DNA of 64,000 nt from Halothiobacillaceae bacterium (lineage in GTDB: Bacteria > Pseudomonadota > Gammaproteobacteria > Halothiobacillales > Halothiobacillaceae), in contig JAFGUH010000115.1 of NCBI GenBank assembly GCA_016938615.1, forward strand, positions 1,593 to 65,592. Direction: 5' to 3'. The translations under genes and the position numbers were made by a program. Positions within the stretch are counted from its first letter, which is position 1. Every line of letters starts with the position of its first letter. The notes beneath the pieces were generated by a model. That model made no database searches. It was not told the DNA's origin and worked only from the letters and a program-made list of their open reading frames with translations. Shown one piece after another: positions 1-9,172 of this stretch.

Positions 1-765
1 CGGCAGGGTCATCAGCCCGAGCGTCAGCCCCCCGGCCACGGCCGAGGACCGGGGCGCACCGAAGAAGTTGATGAAGATCGCCAGGCCAAGCAGGCCATAC
101 AGAATCGAGGGGATGGCGGCCAGGTTGTTGATGTTGATCTCGAGAAAGCGCGTGAACCGGTTATCCGATGCGAACTCCTCCAGATAGACCGCCGTCAATA
201 CGCCGACGGGAAAGGCGAAGGCCATAGTGACGATCAACACCAGCACCGAACCGATCGCGGCCGAGGCCAGCCCTGCCATCTCCGGCAACTTGGAGTCGCC
301 GTTGGTGAAAAAACCCGTGTTGAACCGCAGCTCGGCGTTGCCCGCCTCGGCCATCCGGTCGACTACCGTAATCTGCTTGTCCTTGAGACCCGTCTTGCGC
401 CCCTTGAGGTACTGGTCGACGGCATCGTCCGCCAGCACCCACTCCATGCGCTGGGTTCCGAGCAGGTCGGGGGTCTTTTGCATGCGGTTCGGGATCAGGC
501 GCAGGTAGCCGCGGCTGACCAGCTCGCGCACGTCGGCCTTTACGGCGGCCAGAGGCAACTCGCTTGCCCGCTCGCTGTAATCGACCTCGACGTGCAGGTA
601 GGCCTGCTGGAAGGCCGGCAGCCCCTTGACCAGCATGTCGACGAGGAAGAACACCAGGAAGGCACCGGCGGCGGCGAGCGCGGCCATCGACAGCCACTTC
701 ATCCGCGCGGAGCGGCGGTGGCGCTTTTTCAGCTGGCGCGAGATGTCGTCGAGGGACTGGGCCAT
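1..765 (-). CDS. pstA: Phosphate ABC transporter permease PstA (N-terminal 255 codons; continues past the left edge)
   Basis: Absent from the ORF track because it has no in-window stop. The reverse frame is open from ATG (765-763) to base 1 and reads MAQSLDDISRQLKKRHRRSARMKWLSMAALAAAGAFLVFF...YLEEFASDNRFTRFLEININNLAAIPSILYGLLGLAIF (long-form PstA with EAA-loop region). Lies directly downstream of pstC. Confidence 0.85.
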   Translation of the reverse strand, partial: MAQSLDDISRQLKKRHRRSARMKWLSMAALAAAGAFLVFFLVDMLVKGLPAFQQAYLHVEVDYSERASELPLAAVKADVRELVSRGYLRLIPNRMQKTPDLLGTQRMEWVLADDAVDQYLKGRKTGLKDKQITVVDRMAEAGNAELRFNTGFFTNGDSKLPEMAGLASAAIGSVLVLIVTMAFAFPVGVLTAVYLEEFASDNRFTRFLEININNLAAIPSILYGLLGLAIFINFFGAPRSSAVAGGLTLGLMTLP

Positions 766-789
766 GACTGGAATATCCGAAGGGTCGAT

Positions 790-2049
790 TTACAGGTCGT
801 TGACCGCGTACTTCTCGCGGAAGCGGCGAATCATGACCACGGAGGCGAAGTTGAGGGCCAAGGTGATCACGAACAACACCAACCCCAAGGCGAAGGCCGA
901 CAAGGTCGCGGCCGAATCGAACTCGTTGTCGCCGGTGAGCGAGGAGACGATATTGACGGTCACCGTAGTCATGTCCTCGAGCGGGTTGCCCGTGAGGTTC
1001 GGGCGCAGCCCCGCGGCCATGACCACGATCATGGTCTCGCCCAGCGCCCGCGACACGCCCAGCAGCGTCGCGGAGATGATCCCCGGCAGTGCGGCGGGCA
1101 GCACGACGTGGCGGATGGTCTCGTTACGCGTCGTGCCCAGCGCCAGCGACCCCTGCCGCATGGCCGTGGGCACCGAACTGATCACGTCGTCCGACAGCGA
1201 GGAAATGAACGGGATGATCATGATCCCCATCACGATCCCCGGCGCCAGCGCGTTGTTGAACGAGGCCTCCAGCCCGATCGACTCGGCGGCCGTGACAATC
1301 AATGGAGCGACAGTGATCGCCGCGAAGAAGCCGTAGACGACGGTGGGGATGCCGGCAAGCACCTCGAGCACGGGCTTGGCGGCGTCGCGCACCCGGCTCG
1401 GCGCGTATTCGGCCATGTAGATCGCGGCCGAGACACCGATAGGCACGGCCACCAGCATCGCGATCGCGGTGATCATGAAGGTGCCGGCAAACAGGGGCAC
1501 GGCGCCGAAGTTGCCCGACGGGCCCGCCGTCGCCTCGGCCCGACCAGCCGCCTCGAGGAAAGCGTCGCCCGGCGCCCAGTTGGTGCCGGTGATGAAGTAC
1601 CAGAAGCTCTCCATCTGGAAGAAGCGGATCGCCTCGAACAGGATGGAGAACAGGATGCCAAAGGTGGTCAGGATCGAGATGGAAGCCGCCGCCAGGAGCA
1701 ACCACTTCACCGCACGCTCGAGCGAATCGCGCGCCCTGAGCTCGGGACGGATGCGGCTGAGCCCGACGAACAGGCCGAAGGCGCCCAGGCCGAGCGAGCC
1801 GGCAACGGCCAGCCAGCCCGGAAAGGCGTTCTCGAACAGGCCGAGCACGATCGCGGCGAGGAAGGCGACGATCAGCGCCGGACCGGCCGAGGTCAACACC
1901 GCGAACCAGGCGTACTGGTCCGGCTGGGAATGCATCGACACGCCGCCCGACCGGGCCCGGGCCGCCTTGTTGCGCCCGAGGAAGAACCCCAGTGCCCCGA
2001 GGAACAACACCCCGGCGAAGAAGGTCATCAGTATCTGGTCGGTCTGCAT
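790..2049 (-). CDS. pstC: Phosphate ABC transporter permease PstC (long form)
   Basis: ORF 790..2202, started at the internal ATG giving MQTDQILMTFFAGVLFLGALGFF; the 51 upstream codons are not membrane-like. Polytopic permease with the LGVSRALGETMIVVMAAG EAA-type loop, between pstS and pstA. Confidence 0.9.
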   Translation of the reverse strand: MQTDQILMTFFAGVLFLGALGFFLGRNKAARARSGGVSMHSQPDQYAWFAVLTSAGPALIVAFLAAIVLGLFENAFPGWLAVAGSLGLGAFGLFVGLSRIRPELRARDSLERAVKWLLLAAASISILTTFGILFSILFEAIRFFQMESFWYFITGTNWAPGDAFLEAAGRAEATAGPSGNFGAVPLFAGTFMITAIAMLVAVPIGVSAAIYMAEYAPSRVRDAAKPVLEVLAGIPTVVYGFFAAITVAPLIVTAAESIGLEASFNNALAPGIVMGIMIIPFISSLSDDVISSVPTAMRQGSLALGTTRNETIRHVVLPAALPGIISATLLGVSRALGETMIVVMAAGLRPNLTGNPLEDMTTVTVNIVSSLTGDNEFDSAATLSAFALGLVLFVITLALNFASVVMIRRFREKYAVNDL

Positions 2050-2248
2050 CTCTGCGCCATTCCGTCGTGGATCGATTGCCGGTATCGCCGGCAGCCCGTC
2101 TCGGCCAGGGCCCTGACTCGGCCCATTATTGGGAACCTGACTCCTGTTGCAAGCATTCGGGCCAAATTTGACCGAACGCTTGCGACAAGAGAAGGCCGGC
2201 AACTTCCGCCACCGGCCTTTCCCCGTCCGTGGGGAGCGAATCCTGCGC

Positions 2249-3277
2249 TTACTTCAGATCGGACAGCTCGAGCTGCTTACGCTCGGCGACCTTGCTCTGC
2301 CATTCCTTGAGCAGCTTCTCCGGCATCGGGATCAGACCGATGCCCTTGAGATAGCCAAGGTCGCTGATCATCTTGTCGCTCATGAACAGCTTGACGTAGT
2401 CGGCCATGGCGGGAACCTCGTCGGCGTGGCTGTTCTTGGTGTAGAACCACAGCGACCGGGAGACCGGGTACTCACCCGAACCGATGGCTTCCGGCTCCGG
2501 CTTGACGCCGTCGATGCTGGCACCGGAGAGCTTGCCCGAGTTCTCTTCGAGGAAGGAGTAACCGAAGATGCCGAAGGCCGCGGTGTCCTTCTCGAGCTTC
2601 TGGACGATCAGGTTGTCGTTCTCGCCTGCGTCGATGTAGGCCCCATCCTTGCGCAGGTTGGCGTAGGCCTCACCGCCGTAAGCCTCCATGTCCTCGGTCA
2701 CGGCCTCGAGGACCAGCTCCTCGAAGGCGTCCCGGGTGCCGGAGGTGGTCGGCGGGCCGTAGACGCGGATCTCGCGATCCGGCAGCGAGGAGTCGATGTC
2801 GCTCCACTTCATGTACGGATTCTCGACCAGCTTGCCGTCGACCGGCACCTTCTCGAGCAGCGCCATGGCGATCTGCTCGCGGGTCAAAGCGATCGAGTCG
2901 TTGGTGTTGCTCTGGGCGAAGGCGATGCCGTCGTAGCCAACCATGGCCTCGGTGATGTCCTTGACGCCGTTTTCCTGGCAGCGCTCGAACTCGGAGGGCT
3001 TCATGCGGCGCGAGGCGTTGGTGATGTCCGGCGTGTCCATGCCGGCGCCTTCGCAGAACAGCTTCAAGCCGCCGCCCGAGCCGGTCGACTCGATGACCGG
3101 CGTCGGCCAGTCGGTGGTCGCACCCAGCTCCTCGGCGACGTAGCTCGCGAACGGGAAGACGGTGGAGGAGCCGACGATGCGGATCTGCTCACGAGTATGG
3201 TTGTCGGCGTGGGCGGTGCCCATGCTCGCTGCCACGACGGCCGCGAGGCCGATGGTCGATACGGCAAAACGTTTCAT
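2249..3277 (-). CDS. pstS: Phosphate ABC transporter substrate-binding protein PstS
   Basis: 342 aa with signal peptide MKRFAVSTIGLAAVVAASMGTAHA, then IRIVGSSTVFPFASYVAEE...TGSGGGLKLFC, typical of PstS-family phosphate binders. First gene of pstSCA. Confidence 0.9.
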   Translation of the reverse strand: MKRFAVSTIGLAAVVAASMGTAHADNHTREQIRIVGSSTVFPFASYVAEELGATTDWPTPVIESTGSGGGLKLFCEGAGMDTPDITNASRRMKPSEFERCQENGVKDITEAMVGYDGIAFAQSNTNDSIALTREQIAMALLEKVPVDGKLVENPYMKWSDIDSSLPDREIRVYGPPTTSGTRDAFEELVLEAVTEDMEAYGGEAYANLRKDGAYIDAGENDNLIVQKLEKDTAAFGIFGYSFLEENSGKLSGASIDGVKPEPEAIGSGEYPVSRSLWFYTKNSHADEVPAMADYVKLFMSDKMISDLGYLKGIGLIPMPEKLLKEWQSKVAERKQLELSDLK

Positions 3278-3327
3278 CAGTACAAACCTCTATTGGTGTT
3301 CAACACAACGCGATTGCAGAGTGGAGT

Positions 3328-3382
3328 CTGATGACCGTTTGTGACAACAAGATGACTTCATGACATCGGTTCGATGACAAGC
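3328..3382 (-). promoter_or_regulatory. Candidate Pho-box array (PhoB sites) upstream of pstS
   Basis: Minus strand reads CTTGTCATCGAACCGATGTCATGAAGTCATCTTGTTGTCACAAACGGTCATCAG. GTCA(T/C) cores recur with roughly 11-bp (or 22-bp) spacing, 50-105 nt upstream of the pstS ATG, in a locally AT-richer stretch. Confidence 0.5.
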
Positions 3383-3415
3383 GCATATACGCCGTACGCG
3401 ACACCGCACCGCCAA

Positions 3416-6400
3416 TCAGGCAGTGCGGGGAGGCCGGACTCGGAACCAGACGGCGTACATCGCCGGCAGAAAGACGATGGTCAGCACCGTGCCGACGGCG
3501 ATCCCGCCGATCAGGGTGACCGCCAACGGCCCCCAGAAAGTGCTCGCGGCCAGTGGCACGAAGGCGAACACGGCAGCCAGGGCGGTCAGGACCACCGGAC
3601 GTGCGCGCCGGAGGGTGGCCTCGATCACGGCAGTGTAGCGATCGTCGCCGGCGCGCCGGTTTTCGTCGATCTGCCCGACCAGGATCAGGGTGTTGCGCAT
3701 CAGTATCCCGGCCAGCCCGATCAGGCCCAGGAGGGCGACGAAACCGAACGGCTGACCGAATAGCGCCAGGGCCCCGGCCGCACCGATCAGGCCCAGCGGC
3801 GCGGTCAGGAGCACCATGAACAACCCCGGGAACGAGCGCATGTTGAGCATCAACAGGGTGAGCATCAGCACCACCATCAGCGGCATGATCACCTTGATCG
3901 AATCCTGCGCCTTACCCGACTGCTCGACGGTGCCGCCGATCTCGATCCGGTAGCCCGCCGGCAGATCGGCACGCAGGTCGGCAAGATCCGTCCAGCTGGC
4001 GGCGGTGGCATCCGGCGGCTGCGCGCCCCGGATCTCGGCGTTGACGTTGAGATACGGCGTCTGGTTGCGCCGCTTGAATACCGGCAGCTCGGTCTCGACC
4101 TCGATCTCGCCCAGCTGCGCCAGCGGGACGGTCTCGCCGCTTTCCAGCCGGATGGGCAGACGTGCGAGCTGGGCCGGGTCCCGGGCGATGGCAGGATCGG
4201 CGCGCACGATCACCGCCACGCCGCGAATGTCCTCACGCAGTTCGGTGGCCTCGCGCCCGTTGATCAGCTCGGCCAGCTGCGACTGGACCGCAACCGGGGT
4301 GATGTTCAGGGTAGCCAGCCGTGCCGGGTCGAGTGTCAGGCGTAACGCCGGCACCGCCTGCCCCCATTCGAGGTGCGGATCGACCAGGTGCGGGTTATCC
4401 GACATGATCTCGCGCACCCGCTCGCCGATGGTCACCAGCCGCTCGATTTCGGGCCCCATGACCCGGAACTGCACCGGCCAGACCACCGGCGGACCGTAAA
4501 GTAACGGATGCGGGCGCACGCGCGCCTCGGGAAAGGCACCCTCGTCGATCATCGCGTCGAGCCGGGCCTTGAGGGCCTGACGCGCCTCGGCATCACGGGT
4601 GACGGCGATGATCTTGGCGAAGGCCGGGTCGGGCAGCTCGGGATTGAGTGCGAGGAAAAAGCGCGGTGCCCCGCGCCCGATATACGTCGACAGCGACTCC
4701 AGCGCCGGGTCGTCCTCGATCGCGGCGGCGACGCGCTCGGCCACCTCGCGGGTGGCAGCCACCGAGCTGCCCTCGGGCAGCTGGATATCGATCAGGAGTT
4801 CCGGTCGATCGGAACTGGGGAAGAACTGCTTGGCCACCCCTTGCCCCATCAGCACGACCGACCCCGCGAACAGCAGCAGCGTGACAGCAAGCACCCACCA
4901 GCGATGGGTCACGCTGGCCGTGATCACCCGGCGCAGGCCGCGGTAGATGCGACCGTTGTACATCTCGCCGGGCGAGGGTTCGATGCGCGGCAGGAGCTTC
5001 ACGCCGAGATAGGGGGTGAACACCACCGCGACGAACCAGGAGGCGATCAAGGAAAACCCCAGTATCCAGAAGATGTTGCCCGCGTACTCGCCGACGTTCG
5101 ACTGGGCGAATCCGATCGGCACGAAGCCGACCACCGTGACCAGCGTGCCCACCAGCATCGGCATGGCGGTGACGTTCCAGGCATGCCCCGCCGCCGCGAT
5201 GCGATCTGCGCCCTCCTCGAGCTTCACCAGCATCATCTCGATGGCAATGATCGCGTCGTCCACCAGCAGGCCCAGCGACAGGATCAGTGCCCCGAGCGTG
5301 ATCCGATCGAGGTTCTTGCCGGTGATCTGCATGACGACGAACGTCATCGCAAGCGTCAGCGGCACGGCGAGGGCCACCACCAGCCCGGCGCGCAGCCCCA
5401 GGGCGCGAAAGCCCACCAGCATCACCACCCCCAGGGCGAGGAGGAACTTTATCTGGAAGGTGTCGACCGCAAGCCGAATGGCGTCGGCCTGGTTGGTGAC
5501 CTTCTCCATTTCCACGCCGAGCGGCAGATCGGCGGCGATTCGGTTCTCGAAGGCGGCCAGGCGCTCGCCGAGCTGCAGGCCGTTGACGTTGTCGGCCATG
5601 ATCACGCCCACCATCAGCGCGCGCTCGCCGTTGTTCTCGACCACGAAGGCGGGCGGGTCGGCCAGTCGACGCGAGATATCGGCGACGTCCGACACGCGCA
5701 GCACCTGCCCGTCGACCGTCAACGGCGTGGCGGCGATGCGCTCGATCGTCTGGGCCCCGTCGGCATCGAATCCGGGCCCGACACGCAGGTACAGGCGCGG
5801 CCCGTCGGTCTCGATCAAGCCGACGCCGGTCATGCGATTCTGACCGGCCAGGGCGGCGGCCACCGACTCGACCGTCAGGCCCATCGACTGGATGCGCGCC
5901 GGGTCGAGCCGCACCTCGACCCGATCCTCCTGCTCGCCGATCAGATGCGCCTTCTCGACGCCCTCGACCCGCAACGCCTCGCGCCGCAACGTTTCGGCAG
6001 CGCGCACCAGGCGGCGCTGGTCCACGCCCGGGGCGGTCAGGGCGTAGAGCGTGAAATAGACGTCGGAGAAGTCATCGTTGAAATACGGGCCGGCCACGCC
6101 GGGCGGCAGTTGCGGCGCGACGTCCGAGAGATGCTTGCGTACCTGGTAGAAGGCATCACTGACCGCCTCGGGCGGGGTCGACTCCTGGAAATTGATGCGC
6201 AGGTAGATCGAGCCGGGGCGGCTGATGGTCTCGACGAAGTCGAAGTACGGCACGTTCTCCAGTGCGACTTCCAGCGGCTCGCCCACCTGTTCCTGCATCT
6301 CGCGGGCGGTCGCCCCCGGCCAGTGCGCCTCGGCGAGCATCACCTTGAGGGTGAAGGCCGGGTCCTCGGCCCGTCCAAGCGAGACAAAGGCGTACAAGCC

Positions 6401-6496
6401 GGCCAGCGCGACCAGCAGAATCAGGTAGAGGGTGACCGAGCGCTCGCGGACTGCCAGGGCGGAGAGGTTGAAGCGACTGACGACCGGCTCGCTCAA
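3416..6496 (-). CDS. RND efflux transporter permease (AcrB/MdtB-like)
   Basis: 1026 aa. Two large periplasmic loops and 12-TM layout. TM4 motif LGLLVDDAIIAIEMM. 4-bp overlap with the upstream adaptor gene. Confidence 0.9.
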   Translation of the reverse strand: MSEPVVSRFNLSALAVRERSVTLYLILLVALAGLYAFVSLGRAEDPAFTLKVMLAEAHWPGATAREMQEQVGEPLEVALENVPYFDFVETISRPGSIYLRINFQESTPPEAVSDAFYQVRKHLSDVAPQLPPGVAGPYFNDDFSDVYFTLYALTAPGVDQRRLVRAAETLRREALRVEGVEKAHLIGEQEDRVEVRLDPARIQSMGLTVESVAAALAGQNRMTGVGLIETDGPRLYLRVGPGFDADGAQTIERIAATPLTVDGQVLRVSDVADISRRLADPPAFVVENNGERALMVGVIMADNVNGLQLGERLAAFENRIAADLPLGVEMEKVTNQADAIRLAVDTFQIKFLLALGVVMLVGFRALGLRAGLVVALAVPLTLAMTFVVMQITGKNLDRITLGALILSLGLLVDDAIIAIEMMLVKLEEGADRIAAAGHAWNVTAMPMLVGTLVTVVGFVPIGFAQSNVGEYAGNIFWILGFSLIASWFVAVVFTPYLGVKLLPRIEPSPGEMYNGRIYRGLRRVITASVTHRWWVLAVTLLLFAGSVVLMGQGVAKQFFPSSDRPELLIDIQLPEGSSVAATREVAERVAAAIEDDPALESLSTYIGRGAPRFFLALNPELPDPAFAKIIAVTRDAEARQALKARLDAMIDEGAFPEARVRPHPLLYGPPVVWPVQFRVMGPEIERLVTIGERVREIMSDNPHLVDPHLEWGQAVPALRLTLDPARLATLNITPVAVQSQLAELINGREATELREDIRGVAVIVRADPAIARDPAQLARLPIRLESGETVPLAQLGEIEVETELPVFKRRNQTPYLNVNAEIRGAQPPDATAASWTDLADLRADLPAGYRIEIGGTVEQSGKAQDSIKVIMPLMVVLMLTLLMLNMRSFPGLFMVLLTAPLGLIGAAGALALFGQPFGFVALLGLIGLAGILMRNTLILVGQIDENRRAGDDRYTAVIEATLRRARPVVLTALAAVFAFVPLAASTFWGPLAVTLIGGIAVGTVLTIVFLPAMYAVWFRVRPPRTA

Positions 6497-7620
6497 GGCG
6501 CGCGCTCCCCGGCGCCGGCAGCGATTGCCTCGCCCCGGCGCACCCGCACGGCCTGGCCGTCATGCAGACGATTGACCCCGGCGATCACCACCGGCGTGCC
6601 GACCGGCAGGTCGGATTCGATCAGGGCGTAGGCGGCATCGATGCGGCGCAGCGTCACGTTCACGGCTTTAAGTCGCCCGTCGACCACGCGAAAGACCCGT
6701 GGCTGGTCGTCGCGGGCGAAGATCGCCCCGACCGGCACGCGTTGGTGGGCGGGCGCATTGTTCTCGAACGACAGGGTGGCGGTCTGGCCTAGCGACCAGG
6801 GCCGATCGCGCGTGCCGGCCTCGGGCAGACGATAGCGGGCGGCAAAGCTGCGACTGACCGGGTCGGCCGCCCCGCTGATCGTGTCGAGCATCGCCTCGAC
6901 GGTCGCGCCATCGGCCGTCAGCTGTGCCTGGGCCCGCTCGTCGAGATTGGCGTGGCGGTCCTCGGGCACGGCCACCTCGACCAGCCGCCCGACGTCGGCC
7001 GCGAGGCGCACCACCGGCTGGCCGGCGGCGACCACGTCGCCCACATCGGCCGTCAGATCGGTGACCACCCCGTCGAAGGGCGCGGCCAGCGAGGCGTAAT
7101 CCAGCGCGTTCTCGGCCTCCGCGAGTTGCGCCTTGGCGCTGGCCACTCGCGAACGCGTCGCCGCGGCCCGCGACTCGGCCTGATCGAGGGACTGGCGACT
7201 GGCGACCTTCTGCTCGAACAACGTCCGAATGCGCTCGAGCTCCTGCTCGGCCAGCAGCGCATCGGCTCGCGCCTGTTCGAGACCGGCGCGGGCCGAGTCG
7301 ACCCGCGCGGCGAGATCTCGCGCGTCCAGCCGGGCGAGCGGTTCGCCACGCTCGACCCGCTGACCACGACGCACGAATCGCTCGCTGATCCGCCCGGCAG
7401 CCTGGAAACCGACCGCGGCGTTCGTCTCGGCGACCACCGATCCCACCAGGGCCGAGCGCGCGTCGACCCCGGCCTGCAAGGGGGCGACCAGCACCACCGG
7501 GGGCGCGTCGGACTCGGCGGCGACAAACGGGGCCAACGAGAGCAGGACGAAGGCCACCAGCGACCGGGCACTTGCGACCCCGGCCATTGCGAAACGGGCA
7601 ATCGAGACACGCTTTGCCAT
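6493..7620 (-). CDS. RND efflux periplasmic adaptor (membrane fusion protein)
   Basis: ORF 6493..7635, ATG at 7620 preferred (MAKRVSIARFAMAG..., signal/anchor). Coiled-coil hairpin LEQARADALLAEQELERIRTLFEQKVASRQSLDQAESRAA and lipoyl-like APFDGVVTDL. Confidence 0.85.
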   Translation of the reverse strand: MAKRVSIARFAMAGVASARSLVAFVLLSLAPFVAAESDAPPVVLVAPLQAGVDARSALVGSVVAETNAAVGFQAAGRISERFVRRGQRVERGEPLARLDARDLAARVDSARAGLEQARADALLAEQELERIRTLFEQKVASRQSLDQAESRAAATRSRVASAKAQLAEAENALDYASLAAPFDGVVTDLTADVGDVVAAGQPVVRLAADVGRLVEVAVPEDRHANLDERAQAQLTADGATVEAMLDTISGAADPVSRSFAARYRLPEAGTRDRPWSLGQTATLSFENNAPAHQRVPVGAIFARDDQPRVFRVVDGRLKAVNVTLRRIDAAYALIESDLPVGTPVVIAGVNRLHDGQAVRVRRGEAIAAGAGERAP

Positions 7621-7662
7621 ACTCACCGGCCGCACTCCCGCCCAAAACCCATCGACCTATCC

Positions 7663-9135
7663 ATGTCCATCACTCCCACGATCGTCTGGTTTCGCCAGGA
7701 TCTGCGCCTGGCCGACAATCCTGCCCTGGATCGGGCACTCGTTGCCGGGGCCATCATACCGGTATACATCGCGCCGACCGATAGCCGGCGAACGAACCGC
7801 CGCGACGGCTTTCATGCCGGGGGCGCAAGCCGCTGGTGGTTGCATCACAGCCTGGTCGCCCTCGACCACGCCCTCGGCGAGAAGGGCAGTCGCCTGGTCG
7901 TACGCCGCGGCGAGCCGACGACCGTGCTGCGGGATCTGGCCGAGCAGACGGGCGCGACCACCGTTCACTGGAATCGCCGACTCGAACCGGCCGGCATCGA
8001 AACCGACCGCTTCGTCAAACAGGCCCTCCGCGAGGAAGGGCTGACCGTGCAGTCGTTCAACGGCAACTATCTGCACGAACCCTGGAACGTCCTCAACAAG
8101 CAGGGCGAGCCCTACAAGGTCTTCACCCCCTACTGGAAGGCACTGCTCGCCGCTGGCATCGACCAGGAAGTGCTGCCGGAACCCGAGCGATTCGACCCGG
8201 TGCCCGAGAACATCGAGAGCGACACGATCGAGGCACTCGACCTGCTGCCGAGGCTCGACTGGGCCGAGGACTTTGCCGATTGGTGGACGCCCGGCGAGGC
8301 GGGCGCCTGGGACCGGCTCGAGGCCTTCCTCGACAACATCGACGATTACCACCATACCCGCAACCGCATGGATCTCGAGGGCACCTCGCGCCTGTCGCCG
8401 CACCTCCACTTCGGCGAGATCTCCCCGCGCCAGATCGTCGCCCGGGTGCGCGCCGAGTATCCCGAGGCGCTGGAGGAAAAGGGTACCGAGGCCTTCCTGC
8501 GCGAGATCGGCTGGCGCGAGTTCGGTGCCAATCTGATCTACCACTTCCCGCGAACCGAAACCGACAACCTCGACGTCCGCTTCGATGCCCTGCCCTGGGA
8601 AAACGCCCCGGACGACATCGCCGCCTGGCAACGCGGTCAGACCGGCATCCCGGTGGTGGACGCGGCCATGCGGTCGCTGTGGGCCACTGGCTGGATGCAC
8701 AACCGCGCCCGGATGATCGTCGCCTCGTTTTTGACCAAGAACTGCCTGGTCGATTGGCGACTCGGGGCGGACTGGTTCATGGACACGCTGGTCGACGCGG
8801 ATCTCCCCAGCAACACCGCCGGCTGGCAGTGGGTCGCGGGCACCGGCGCGGATGCCGCCCCCTATTTCCGCATCTTCAACCCGGTGCTGCAGGGCGAGAA
8901 GTTCGATCCCGAGGGCGGCTTCATCCGTCGCTGGGTGCCGGAGTTGGCCGCGCTGCCCGACAAGGCGCTCTACGCGCCCTGGGAGACGAACCCCGCGATC
9001 CTCGAACGCGCCGGCGTGAGCCTGGGCAAGACCTACCCCGAGCCGATCGTCGATCTCAAGACATCCCGTCAGCGCGCCTTGGCCGCGTTTCAAGAGATCA
9101 AGGACTACCAGCGCCAAGCCCCCGCTTCCCGGTAA
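7663..9135 (+). CDS. phrB: Deoxyribodipyrimidine (CPD class I) photolyase
   Basis: Internal ATG of ORF 6952..9135 gives MSITPTIVWFRQDLRLADNPAL. Motifs TSRLSPHLHFGEISPRQ, GWREF, GWMHNRARMIVASFL, NTAGWQWVAGTGADAAPYFRIFNP. Confidence 0.9.
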   Translation: MSITPTIVWFRQDLRLADNPALDRALVAGAIIPVYIAPTDSRRTNRRDGFHAGGASRWWLHHSLVALDHALGEKGSRLVVRRGEPTTVLRDLAEQTGATTVHWNRRLEPAGIETDRFVKQALREEGLTVQSFNGNYLHEPWNVLNKQGEPYKVFTPYWKALLAAGIDQEVLPEPERFDPVPENIESDTIEALDLLPRLDWAEDFADWWTPGEAGAWDRLEAFLDNIDDYHHTRNRMDLEGTSRLSPHLHFGEISPRQIVARVRAEYPEALEEKGTEAFLREIGWREFGANLIYHFPRTETDNLDVRFDALPWENAPDDIAAWQRGQTGIPVVDAAMRSLWATGWMHNRARMIVASFLTKNCLVDWRLGADWFMDTLVDADLPSNTAGWQWVAGTGADAAPYFRIFNPVLQGEKFDPEGGFIRRWVPELAALPDKALYAPWETNPAILERAGVSLGKTYPEPIVDLKTSRQRALAAFQEIKDYQRQAPASR

Positions 9136-9172
9136 GCTGTCGGGGCATCCACTCCCGGTTGTCCCTGCCGAC

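Noticed and set aside
478-2310. 610-aa + strand ORF (and 626..1336, 1469..2116) across the pst permease genes
   Set aside because: It is antisense to clearly recognisable pstA/pstC. The translation is Arg/Gly/His/Asp-rich low-complexity sequence with no motifs. This is a typical open antisense frame in high-GC DNA.
4508-6631. 707-aa + strand ORF opposite the RND permease
   Set aside because: It is antisense to a 1026-aa protein with unmistakable RND motifs. Its composition (R, G, D, H, Q runs) is not protein-like.
6952-7662. 237-codon N-terminal extension of the photolyase ORF
   Set aside because: It overlaps the adaptor gene on the other strand. The canonical photolyase N-terminus (MSITPTIVWFRQDLR) begins at the ATG at 7663.
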